Source: a virus (taxonomy: Duplodnaviria > Caudoviricetes). Taken from it: a stretch of DNA of 31,363 bases. Below, piece by piece: positions 31,281 through 31,363 of the stretch (position 1 is its first letter; each line of letters starts with the position of its first letter). Location of the stretch: positions 1 to 31,363 of IMG/VR virus record IMGVR_UViG_3300012664_000303; one strand, 5' to 3'. A model generated the notes under the pieces. It was given only the letters and a program-made list of their open reading frames with translations. It was not told the origin of the DNA and did no database searches. The position numbers were made by a program, and so were the translations under genes.

Positions 31281-31363
31281 ATGAAGGTACGTGATTTGAT
31301 AGAATGGCTAGAGGGTTTCGATGGAGACATGGAACTGATGATGGAACAAAATGGTGGTGAGTA
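31281..31363 (+). CDS. Hypothetical protein, truncated by window end
   Basis: MKVRDLIEWLEGFDGDMELM... Confidence 0.7.
   Translation, partial: MKVRDLIEWLEGFDGDMELMMEQNGGE

Overview
A 31-kb segment of a T4-like (Tevenvirinae-related) myophage genome, probably from freshwater and with a betaproteobacterial host (inferred). Genes are almost all on the + strand. 1-5.4 kb is a tRNA/ncRNA island: about 16 tRNAs, three tRNA-like elements, a ~875-nt GOLLD-like RNA with an embedded tRNA-Asn-like domain, several stem-bracketed structured spacers, GroES, and a DIP1984/DUF6847-like coiled-coil gene followed by a ~255-nt RNA with 7-nt periodicity. Next come an HNH endonuclease, a 2OG-Fe(II) oxygenase, a metallophosphoesterase, a PAAR gene, a permuted two-piece tmRNA (tag ANDELFAIAA) and a late GH19 endolysin/membrane-protein cluster. 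These are followed by an ArfA-like small ORF absent from the ORF track, an SPFH lipoprotein, a SleB hydrolase and the T4 core genes 33-59-32. The rest is a hypervariable early region of small ORFs (HD/SpoT-like hydrolase, MazG-like and others) punctuated by repeated stem-loop/TGTACA-N16/17-TATAAT promoter cassettes. All family calls are motif recognition by eye; no searches were run.
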